A stretch of DNA of 63,462 bases, the filler included, from Vannella sp. (taxonomy: Eukaryota), in the NCBI GenBank assembly GCA_023345925.1. It is 6 parts of 6 records of this genome, joined end to end, with 100 filler letters (N's around TTAATTAATTAA, not from the genome) between each part and the next. Parts side by side here need not be neighbours in the genome. Positions count along the whole stretch, not along the records: positions 1 to 11,522 come from JAJQQN010001205.1; positions 11,623 to 21,107 come from JAJQQN010000226.1; 4 more parts are not named here. One strand, given 5' to 3'. The position numbers and the translations under genes were made by a program. The notes beneath the pieces are model-generated. The model was not told the origin of the DNA, made no database searches, and was given only the letters and a program-made list of their open reading frames with translations. Shown in pieces: positions 1 through 12,247 of the stretch (within the stretch, counting starts at the first letter, position 1; each line of letters starts with the position of its first letter).

Positions 1-71
1 ATACTTAGGTGAAATGTACTTCAGTGAAGTAGATTTAGCCGAATGGAACTGACACTTCACCCTGGGAATAG

Positions 72-794
72 GAATTAGTCACAACAATCTTCAGTCCTGG
101 AGAACCACTCAACGGGCCCAATTGGTCCTTTCATCTTGCTCTGGGACCCCAAAATCTGACCTTGCATCTCACGTTGGCCCGGCCGTTTGACGATCCAGGG
201 GAGGTTGAATTCGTCCTCAAGGAATTGAAGATCACACCAGAGGAGACTTTCTCCCTTGCAATGGAGCGCATCTGCCAGCTTGAGGAAGACCTTCGCCAGT
301 TGAAGTCCAGGCTGGGGGATAAGTCCCTTGTACCGGATATCCCTCTGCAAGAGGAAGCTCAAGAGATGGTGGCCCAGGAGAATTCCTTGCTTGTCGAACG
401 CATCTGCAAACTTGAAGACTCTCTGCCGGATCGAAGATTCATCGCCAAGCGCCAGATTTCTCCATCAACTTCAGGCAACCCTCCGTCCAACGGCAAATGC
501 AAAACAGTGCCTTGTTGGTGAATTCGCTAAGGAGGCTAAAATCGAGCTGGCCCTTACCAAAGGCCAGTGGGCGATCTCCGTGTCCTTCTTGTGTCGAGAT
601 ACGACTGGGGCGGCTGTACTACCGCCTGTCCCCTAACGGCTGTCAACTTCTGGCCACTACATTCCCAACATCAATTCCAACTCCTACCCAATCCCATTAT
701 CTCTCTTTGGGATCTCCACCTTAACCGAGGATGGTCCAGTTACTTTCTCTGTGGCTCCTTACAATACCACGGAGGTGGGCAATGTGGTGATTAG
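72..794 (+). CDS. Hypothetical protein, 5'-truncated by the window and probably multi-exon; contains a coiled-coil segment
   Basis: The frame is open from an AG at about 70-71 through ORF 162-521 (ERICQLEEDLRQLK, heptad-like). Downstream ORFs in other frames suggest further exons or decay. No recognisable family. Confidence 0.35.
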
Positions 795-1909
795 TGCCAT
801 GCCCATTATGCTGGAATGAATGATCCGCAGAATCATGGGGTTGCCCGCAAGATTCAATAAACTTCCGTTTAGACGCCAGGAAGGGTCTTGGCATGATGCG
901 CGATTCACAACTTGAGCGCTTTACTTCCGCGGTTCATGCGCATTTTGCTCATTCCAACGTGTCATTTGGTATCTCATCACTATTACTCTCAACAGGGACA
1001 AAATAAGGGGAAAGCATGATCTGTTCGCCTCTTCCTGGTGCGATGGACCTTCATTTGTTCTGTTGGAACTCTGTTGAGCTGACTGAAAGAGTTGTAGATG
1101 AGGCAAAAATGGCTCCTCCTTGCAAGCTCCTTCACCCACAAAGTTGCAATATCTGTGACAGCCTGGAGATTACCAAGCCAAATTGTCACGTGTTTTCAGT
1201 GACATTTCTCCAAGAGAACATTTGTGCGGTCACAATGAAGGTAATATACACTGAAGTACCATCTTCGCTTGCGGATGTTACTTAAGTGTATTTTACCTTT
1301 GTTCAAAGGGGGCAGCGGCGAATAGACCGCGGTTCTTGTGACGTGAGACGGCTCGATTTTTTATTGTGTGAAAGAGAGAGTCTTCCATCAAATGCCAACC
1401 GAACCAGATTCAATCCACTACATTCTGTAAGGGAGCATTTCCCAGCTATACGAACCACAAGTGGAGCCATCTCGTGCATTGTAATCCGTCATTGTTCCAG
1501 GGACAAGTTTAAAATGGCCCTCAATTGTTGTCCACAAGTCTGGTGGTGGCGACTGATCAACAAGGCTCAAGTTGCAAGTTTGTTGGAAGCCAGAGGTTTG
1601 ACAGAGGAGGTGGCTTCTGGCTTCCTGTGGGGCCACTTCCGGTTGGATGCGCAATGGGGGATGGGGGAGTCGTTAGACAAAAAGATTGAGAAAAGGAACG
1701 TCTTGAATCAACTGATGAGATTGGCCAACTTTAGATATCAAACAACATCGAAGAACAGCGCACACTCCTCGCAGAACAAAGGAGGATGGAGCTGAAGGCC
1801 ACAGAGCTCCAACAGAGCCTAGGAAAGGGGCAGAAAGATGTGAAAGCAATGTCACAATGAACTCTCCACCATTAATCGCCGCTTCTGTTGTCTTCCAGAC
1901 AGTGAGTAT

Positions 1910-4439
1910 TTAGTAATATTGGCTTACAATGCTCTGGAGGAACTGGATTTCTGCAGCTTTGGATGAGGAGAGATGGTTGTGTTCGGCAACTGCAAGGGCC
2001 TTTGCAGCACAAATGCGCGCCGGATGTTCTTGCCCTCTGGAGGTTTGAAGCATCGCGCATGCATGGAAGTGATTGAAGCCCTGTGTGGGATCTGCTCTTC
2101 CAATGACACCCGCCCAGATTTCGTGGAGAATGGGATCTTCTGGAGCTGTCTTCTGCAACGCAAGAACCTTCTTGACGATATCGAGCGACATAGAACAAGG
2201 TTCCACAGCATCTGCATAGACTTGTGCGATTCTGAAGAGCATTAGAATATCATCCATCGCTCGGAATGGAGAGACTCACTCGTGAATAGACGCTCCTTCC
2301 AACGCCTCAACCGCCAAAGCTCGGGAGATGAACACTCGACAGGCATTCTCGGGGGAGATTACAGTGTGCATTGTTTTCGCAGCCACTACAGCGCGGTTGT
2401 AGTGATTTAATCCTCCCTCAACCATCTGCTTGCGGCTTGCAGGAGGAATCATCCTGGAAATCTCCATGTACGAATCTCCGATTTCCATATTGGCTGACAG
2501 GGAAAGTGGTGCCAAATGATCTCCTCCCTTTGTTGCCGCCTCGCTCAAGTGGCGCCATTGCCAAGGCTGATGAGGGAACGTTTTCTTGGCCGATTCAGTT
2601 AAGGCTTGTGCAATTTGAAGGCATTCGTGCGACGAGAACGCGCAGGAGATGCAACTACTAGAGGTAATGAGGGCTTCCTGAATAATAATGTGAGCTTAAA
2701 CTCAGGTTACAGGCGAGAGACCTTGCCTCATATCGGTTCAATTGGAGCAGGCTTTTTGCGCGCCAAGCGTCTACATCACAGAAACCAGGCCAAAGGTCTT
2801 TTGCTTTGTCGTAGTGAACAAGAGACTTTTCAAAGCGGTCATAACGACGTTCTATAGTTCCCAGGTTCTGTAGCATTGTCAGGAAAGATAGGAGTCAAAA
2901 AAGTTGGTACTAACCTCTTGGACCTTTGCACTTTCTCCACAAACTGTTTCAGCCGCACGGAATAATGCCTCTTCGTTGCGCCAATCCACATTGCGATTAA
3001 CAGTGACAGTACATTGCCATACTATCCAAGTTATGAAGATCAAAGAGGCCAAGTGCTTGATGGCGTAAGGAGTTTGATAAATATGCCACCAAATCCAAGC
3101 AAACAAGATGGAGAATCCAATGGAAGGGAAGTAAAGAAGACGTTCTCCAATGAGAGTGCCAACAAACACAAGAAAGTTACTCGAGGGGAAGAAGGAAATG
3201 ATGATAATCGCCCAAGCGAAGAGATAGACCAACCAACGAGCTTTGATCTCTGGGTTAACGACAACCTTTTTTTTGGACTTAAGAGGCTTCTCGAAGTATC
3301 TTTGGAATCCCAGTACAGCAGAACTGACTAGGAATAGGTAAAATGCAAGGGCCTCGATAATTCTGTTGTCATCGGAAGTCTGAATCATTGGAATACAATT
3401 GAGGGAGTAGTCACAGGAAAGGGGGAAAGGCCAAAGAAGCAACAAAAAGTACCTCCAATGGATGTAAAACATTGAAAGTAGTCTAAACATACCAGGATCC
3501 ATGGCAGAAATAGGATTCTCCAACTACCAGCCCCAGTGAGTGGGCAGACTAAAACAAGAGACTTCGTACCTCTCGGATTATAAGAATGGACGAGTGGACA
3601 GTCATGTACTTCCTGAACACCAGATAAAGCACACAAACCAGTCCGTACATGACACAACTCCGAAGCACCCTCCGGTCAGGAAGGTTCCAAATCAAGAGGC
3701 AATCTTGGAATGACTTTGCGTTCCAAAGAATCTCGAGCACCACCAACAGGATAGGCAAGGCGAATCCAGTTTCCTTGCTAAGAACAGCACCAACGAACAG
3801 GGCAGTGTTGCCAAAGTAGCTTGGGTCGTCTGTTTCCTTGCGGTCGCGGAGATGATTTAGCCAACGTGTGATACCGAGGAGTACAAACATAGCGGATAGG
3901 AGTTCTGCTCTTCCTACTAGACCAGTGACAGCTTCCACATGCACAGGATGGACGAGGAATAGAAGGCTGGCGAGGAACCAAGAAGGAACAGGTCCAATAT
4001 GGCTCATTCCTGCCATTGCGAACAAGCTACTCGCCAACCGACCAAGAAGGAGTGTGACAACACCATGCAACGCAATATTAACAATGTGGAAGAACTCTGC
4101 GCGGAGGGGAGGACGAGGAGGAGGTCTAAGTGGGTTGACGTTGATAACAGAGGTCGAAAAGCTCTCGTACCAATCACTGTGCTCAAAGAACTGATGAAAC
4201 ACAGTGTTCAAACGAAAGGTGGCCACAGTGAATGGTCGATAACTCTTGTGAGAGCCTTCAGCATCGATAGGCTGACCCCAAAAGTCATTCACCCACATGT
4301 TCCCCCAGCCATTGTCTCCATTGGCGTCAGCATTACCCACAATCGCCAAGTTGTCGTCAAACGCGAACTCGTTGTGGACTGAGTTGGAGAACAAGCCGCA
4401 AAGCAGCGCCACCAACAACAGCACCCAGCCAGAGCCCAT
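1910..4439 (-). CDS. TMTC: TMTC-family protein O-mannosyltransferase (multi-TM, DUF1736-like region, C-terminal TPR-like helices), multi-exon
   Basis: Motifs FAFDDNLAIVGN, NDFWG..SHKSYRPFTVATFRLN, HPVHVEAVTGLVGRAELL, LSKETG, PLSCDYS, GERLLYFPSIG and RNVDWRNEEALF. ORFs 3549-4460, 2879-3523, 2658-2876, 2276-2548 and 1910-2257 join through short introns, including a GC-AG intron at 2678-2726. Confidence 0.9.
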
Positions 4440-4608
4440 GATTGTGCTCTCGCCCCCCAATCAACTTGAAGGACATTTCCCCCAGTTCACTTCCTGTTTG
4501 CCTTAATTTGGAAGGGCGGTTTCTAAAACACGGAGGAGCGAATTGGATGATCGAATAATAATAAATTAATTATTAAGCCCGGAAATGGTTATTTCTTATT
4601 GGCTTTGG

Positions 4609-6274
<1,666 letters not shown>

Positions 6275-6330
6275 TCCAGGACGTCGATAAAGTCTCGGAA
6301 GGACCTCCACTGCAAGCGTTTGCATTCATT

Positions 6331-6941
6331 TCACTTTTTCTTGCTCGAAACGAACTTTCCCTCGGGGGAGAAGATAGATACGGACTCTCCAGTAGCATCA
6401 TCAAACTCACAGAACTCGTCATCCTCAAACCTGACGGGGAAGGTGGTCCCACTCTCACACCTTGCCGTGTATCCAGCGCGCATTTGGTACTGGCTTGGCT
6501 CCATGCCACTACAGCCATGAGAAGAAGTCAGAAGTATCTATGTCTCACTTACCGGCAACCGAAAGAGGCGATGGCTTGCCAGGAGCCCGAAGAAACGTAG
6601 GGCTTGATGGAGTCCTTAACAACATCCATCGTGTTCGTTCGTGAGCAGATCTTGCACTTGACAGACATGTTGACAGTGGATCTGACAACCTCAATCTCTT
6701 CCTTTCATGGATGTTAGAGGGGAAGGGAGGCTAAGAGAGCGAAATACTTTGGGATCAACGTAAACCCACTTCTCATTCTCCTCCCCACAGTTGCTGCAGC
6801 GCACTTTCATGTAGAAACGGATCTCGTCCTGATCAGGGACGAGCTCTGCAATGTTTTCCATGTCACACTTGAAGTGTAGGTCGTAGAAGGGCTGCCCATC
6901 CATTAGGCCCACTCTGGCGGACCACTCCGCGTACTCACCAT
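6331..6941 (-). CDS. CZIB: CXXC-motif zinc-binding protein (DUF866 / C1orf123 family), multi-exon
   Basis: FYMKVRCSNCGEENEKWV, then NMSVKCKICSRTN, AIASFGCRGMEP and FCEFDDATGESVSI after splicing. The ATG is followed directly by GTGAGT. Confidence 0.88.
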
Positions 6942-7073
6942 CTCAGAGGAACTGAAAAATGATGTGAAATCTTGGTATATGAATCAGAGACGGCCTTTTC
7001 GAGATCAAAATATCTAGATTTTTTGCTGCCGTCAGCCCATTGGTTCATTCTCCGTTCTGGAGGTATTTTTGAA

Positions 7074-8690
7074 ATGATGGCGGAGGAAGAAGGGGCGACT
7101 TCGCCTTTCGACTTGATAAGAAGAGCTCTTCGGAGTACTCAAGAAGTCAGAGTCCTGGAGGAACCGCCTGCCACTCCACTTCCCGCAGTACCTGATCTAC
7201 TACCAAGTTTGGCTCTTCCAGAACCTCACCAATGTGAACATGAAGATGTTAGTGAGCTCTCATTTGATGTGTCTTAACACTTCGTAGGAGCGGAGGACAA
7301 TGGACTTGAGTCTGCGGGAATTGAGGGAGGTCAATGCTGGGTACAAACAGTTGCTGGAGGAACAGTCAAAAGCCCACTTGGAGGAAAGAGGAAAGAGATC
7401 GGTCAGCGTAGAGGACTTGCACTCTATTGCAGAGTGTCAATCCACAACAAACAAAGTCATTTTTAGGTTGAAGACAGAGGTGGAATTGATTCGCAGCCAA
7501 CTTGCTGAAGCCGTGAAAGAGCTGCAAGATACTTCCATCGAGAGTATGTCCCTTTGAGGATGCCACCTTACCACTTCTAACGTGTTCCAGAAAGTGTTCG
7601 TGGTGTTCTGCAGCTATCAATTGACAAATACACCGTCTTGGAAGGTAGAGGGACATTCCTTTCCTCTGAGAAGTGAGCTAACAGATTGACAGCGGGAATC
7701 TTGCAGGAGAAAAGCGAGAAATCTCGCATACTTGAGCAATTAAACAAAGCACTTGAGCAACAGCGAGTGTTGGCGGATAAGTACCGCTCGAAAAAGACTC
7801 AGGTAGCTGAGCTTGAGGCCAGAATCGAAGAAGTAAGGCAAATTGGCGAGGACCCAATTTCTAATGAAATAAGGCAGACAGAAGCGAACAGGCCTTACAA
7901 TCGGCTTTGCAAAAGAGTGTTTCTCTCTCCTCGGTATGTTAGGGGAGATTTACTCAGCTTCCTAACTTGTGACTAGGAGAGATTGCATCTATTAGAAGCT
8001 GAGATTAGTTTGCACAATCAAGCAAAAGAGATGCTCAAGTCACTCCATGTGCCACCAAACGAGGAGTATCAACCCGTGAATGAGATCGACAAATTGAGAG
8101 AAACAGTCGAGCAGCAAACATTCAAGCTCAAGTGCTCAGCCAAACTCCTTCTTGAAGAAAGGAAAACGGTGGTCAACTTGAAGCAAGAAGACAGGAGGAA
8201 AGTGGAAAGCAGTCTTGCTGTGATTCGAGGATTGCAAGAGGAGCTAGTGGCTAAATCAGAAGCGTGAGTGATTCTGTCGCCGGAAACCACTTAACCATTC
8301 GATCAGCACAAAGCAGATGGAGGATCAACTTCGGATTTTGAGATCATCACAGGATCCGAGAAAGCTTGGGGAATCGCAATCATCCTTACGCACAAAAATG
8401 CTTGAAGAAAATCCCGAAGATATCCCAGAGATGATAGACGATGACATGCTGGACCTTGGTGAGATCAGCTTTGGTAAAATGGTGGGTTATTCTTGCTTCT
8501 GTTCTATCACCACACTAACTATTCCACAGATTTCCTGTTCCAAGTGCTCCAGACGGGTCCGCGTCGACTCCCTTGTAAAGGATTATGGTGAGTTCATTTC
8601 ATTCATCAACGAGAGAAGCCTTACTTTGCCCAGGCAATCACATTTGTGCGCAATGCCGGAGAGTTCCAACAGGATCTCAAAAGCCTCCTA
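7074..8690 (+). CDS. Hypothetical coiled-coil protein, multi-exon
   Basis: A series of same-strand E/K/L/Q-rich ORFs (7300-7557, 7686-7976, 7983-8267, 8317-8691) separated by GT..CTAAC/TTAAC..AG introns. A CxxC (CSKC) occurs near the C-terminus. Confidence 0.65.
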
Positions 8691-8776
8691 AACGAGGGAG
8701 AAGATAATCAGTTTGCTGTGTATTTCATAACAAAAGTTGAAATTGAACTATGGTACAGGCCAGGCCATACAGGGCA

Positions 8777-11139
8777 CTACATTCGCGAAGCTGCCTCTCG
8801 AATATGAGTCAGATCCTTGAGAATTTCATCAAATTCTGGGCGGGAGTCTGGGTCGTTCGCCCAACACCTCTCGATGAGTTTCCGCATGGGCTCAGTAAAG
8901 ACAGCACTATCCATCGGTGGTCTGTAGCGATCTTGAACGACCATTCGCATGAGCTGGTAAAGCGGAGTATTGTGGAACAGAGCACTTCGAGTGAAAATCT
9001 GCCAAACACAAATACCTTGAAGAATTGACGTTAGTATAAGGAGCCCTGCGTCAATTAGAACTTACCAAACGAGTAAACATCAGCTTTGACAGTGTAACGC
9101 GAGCGTTTGAGTACTTCTGGGGCGCAGAATTCCACCGTACCACAGTGAGTCATTGTGTTTTTAGAGTCAACCACTCGACTCAATCCAAAGTCAGTCACAC
9201 TGACTTTCCAATTCTTGTCGACGAGAAGATTAGCTGTCTTTAAATCTCGATGAATCACTGGTGGTGTTGAGGAGTGGAGGTAAAGCATTCCCTTTGCCGC
9301 ATCAATACAGAAACTCATCTTCTTCTTCCAGCTCAGAGTGATATCAGGCTTACTCAGAATGTCATAGACACTACCACGATCAGCTAGTTCTAAGATAATG
9401 TACAAATGGGGCTTGCGCAAACTTGCACCCAAGAACTGGATGACATTGGGATGGCGAAGTGTACTCATCAGGTTGGCCTCTTGGAAGAAGTTCTCGATAA
9501 CTCCTCGTTCAGCAGCTGCTCCATTCGGAAGCAAGATCTTCTTGACAGCAACATCAATACCCCGCCACACGCCTCTATAGACTTCTCCAAAAGAACCTGT
9601 ACCGATCTGGGTTGAGAGAATGATCTCTTTCCTGTCGATTTGTGATGTCATCAAGAGAGGAGTGATCTCCATAGGTCCATGGGACTGTAACGAAAAGGCC
9701 ACTGGGGTGTGAGCTAGCCTTCCATGACGCTTGACAGCTCCAATAAATAGACGAAGAAGAAGAATGATCAGAGAGAGTAAGAACGACAGCATCAAGACAC
9801 CGTAGGCAACGATAAAAGCCTGGTCCCTTGCTTGAGCACTGCCATCTTGGCAAGTGAGCAAATCAAAGTTACTTTGTAAGATCTCGCGAGTATCATTCTG
9901 CCTTAGGACGTAGTTAAACGAAAGGCTCGTCGCCAGTGCAGTCGGATCTGTGTAAATCCAATTGAGTAATTGAGTGATGTCGTAAATGAAAGCCCCGCAT
10001 GCATAGGTAAACGGATACTCCTTAAGAGTATACCAGTAAGTGAACCCACTAAAGAACCAGCAGCGTGTACAACTCCAGTCATTAGCAGGAGCACGAGCCT
10101 CCCCAGTGCTGAGAATAGTAAACTGATTAACAGAGTCCGCCTGCAAGTCGTTATCTAATACTACAGGATTCACACAAGCGCCTGACGCATCAAAGATGGT
10201 GCAAACCGCAAATGTGGAGAAGTTTGAGTCGAACACTTCAGACACAAAGCTCTCAACCGAGGGCAAGAGCACGTATCCAACAGAGTATTCTGTTCTGAGA
10301 ATGGTTTCGAGCATGTCATAGTCATCCAGGATGGGAAACTGCGAGTAGGCGACCTTTGGCCACATAACTCTCTCCCCAGCACCCACATTATCACGCCACT
10401 GACTGCTATACTCCGAGAAGATCGAAGTCAGGATGAAAGTCGCCCCGTTCTGCTTAAGATAATGAAGGGGCAGGATGGAGTGCGCTGGTAACGCTATCCT
10501 GCGGTTGAGAGAGGACAACTTGGGGTCGTTCCAGTTGGTAATAACCCCGCTGTAGATGTCCACGAGGATGTCCAAGCTCACGTTGACCGGTTGCATCCTC
10601 GAGGTGGGGAGATTGAACAGCAGCTGCACAGAAGCACCCACCACAGGGAACTGTAAGGTGTTATTGGCTTGTCGAAGGTTCTCTGTGTTGTTGCCGTCAG
10701 AGAAGAGCTCCCCTCCCGCGAAAGTGTACGAATTGGTCTGGTTTCGTAAGTTGGTGAGGCCCTCCTCCACACTGGCACCTTGGTAGCTAGCAAGAACACT
10801 TGTAGAGGCATAGAAGTCACCAAACCAGGTATCGTACATCGTGGCAGCGAAAGCAGAGCCAGAACCACGAACAGGAGGGACATCTGGACGTAAATGAGCA
10901 AAAGAGCATCAACACACTCTGTAGATCAATGAGCCGTACCCGATTGGTTCGCATAAGTCTCCCAAGTGATGACAAGAGAGACGGTAAAGGCTATAGAGCA
11001 GAAAAGGGAGATCCCTAACACCCATCCCAGCACCTCCCAGCGTCCACTTCCCCACCATCAGACTTCCACTCTCCCTCCTCCCACTCGCTTACCATGGGAA
11101 GTAGAAGCGCCCCCAAGCGCACGCCGACTCGCAGGTCAT
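8777..11139 (-). CDS. Receptor-like TKL protein kinase: N-terminal TM, PstS/PBP2-like ectodomain, TM, kinase
   Basis: Spliced N-terminus MTCESACAWGRFYFPCGRWEVLGWVLGISLFCSIAFTVSLVI..VRGSGSAFAATMYDTW. PstS-like segments QFPVVGASVQLLFNLP, DIYSGVITNWNDPKLSSLN and GATFILT. TM AFIVAYGVLMLSFLLSLIILLL. Kinase motifs GTGSFGEV, VAVKK, HRDLKTANLL, DFGLSR, APE, DVYSFG; last exon CWANDPDSRPEF. Confidence 0.88.
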
Positions 11140-11269
11140 CCCTTCCTCGACCAAGCCACCAACAAGTAGTCAAGTACGGCGTTTTCCGGCTCTTTTTGGC
11201 TCAATTTCCGTCTCTGGCCCATCACAGTGGCCTTCTGATGAACTGCCCTCCTTCATTCCACAGCTATTG

Positions 11270-11522
11270 ATGATGGCAGGTCGGTGGGTAGTGAGGGAAG
11301 TGGCTTTTGGGGGTTTGGAGCAGTTAGCCTGTGTGGAGTTGCGTGACTTGGTGTTACGGAAGCCTTTGGGCTTGTCTTTTGATCCGAGGGAGCTGGCGGA
11401 GGAGCATTCGTTGGTGCACGTGGCTGCTTTTGAGGAGGGGAAGGAGGGCAAGCCTCTCGGCTGCGTTGTACTGCAGAGCGATGAAGATGGAGCATCGTTC
11501 AAGATGCGTCAGGTGGCAGTGC
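11270..11522 (+). CDS. GNAT-family N-acetyltransferase, 3'-truncated at contig end
   Basis: ELRDLVLRKPLGLSF..HVAAFE..GCVVLQ..FKMRQVAV resembles the N-terminal half of ElaA/YjcF-type GNATs. Confidence 0.75.
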
Positions 11523-11622
11523 NNNNNNNNNNNNNNNNNNNNNNNNNNNNNNNNNNNNNNNNNNNNTTAATTAATTAANNNNNNNNNNNNNNNNNNNNNN
11601 NNNNNNNNNNNNNNNNNNNNNN
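11523..11622. other. Artificial contig linker
   Basis: N-run, TTAATTAATTAA (stops in all six frames), N-run; the same linker occurs five times. Confidence 0.98.
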
Positions 11623-11746
11623 ATTTGCTAAAATACCCACTTTTTTATTTCACTTCAAATCGATGTATAATGATGATTTGACTCATAGTGGTGGTCATTC
11701 GCTTCTTTCGCGTCACTGCGGGGCCTGTTCGTGGGCTCGGACCGCC

Positions 11747-12194
11747 ATGGATCCAACCAAAGGCCTCAGAATCATCAGATCATTCGCTTGTTACCTACCA
11801 GAATGGTCCTGTATCATCTATGAAGACTTGAGTGGCCGTTGGTAACGAGGGCAACACCGATGCCATCGCCCGAAGACGCTTTGGGCTGAACGAACCCTGA
11901 GGACAGCTCTCACAGACTGCAACTTCGCCAAGGAGTAACGTTCTCTCTCTTCTTCTTCTTCTTTAGGTGCTGGTTGGTTCATTTCTCATCGCAGAGGCCG
12001 AAACAGTCCCCCGGATCTCGGTATCCAACACCAAACCGCTCCACCTCTATATGAATCACCTTATGCATGCCGTCCTGTACCGAAATGGTCAATCTCAATA
12101 TCATTCCATTCCTCTGAGGAAGAGCATTGTCTTAAGTTACTGCATGAGACCAAACAAGAATAACCTTCAGTTGGATCATGTAGAGGGAGACTGA
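11747..12194 (+). CDS. Candidate small spliced accessory ORF inside the MULE, convergent with the transposase (about 117 aa)
   Basis: The ATG is in an ACCGCCATGG context. Removing introns 11842-11906 and 11935-11966 (both start GTAACG) gives one open frame ending at TGA 12192-12194. No recognisable domain. Confidence 0.4.
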
Positions 12195-12247
12195 CTCTTA
12201 GTAGGGACTTCACCATGTTCACTACTTCAAGGCGCTTAAGAACTCAT

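Noticed and set aside
1..12. ATACTTAGGTG resembling the U1 snRNA 5' end
   Set aside because: It does not match ATACTTACCTG, and the context is an intron/exon of a coding gene.
900..1870. ORFs on both strands, e.g. 1286-1795 (+) and 1418-1654 (-)
   Set aside because: No recognisable motif and I could not build a consistent spliced model; may be a hypothetical or decayed gene.
11567..11578. TTAATTAATTAA palindrome within N-runs, repeated five times
   Set aside because: Artificial six-frame-stop linker used to concatenate contigs; not biological.
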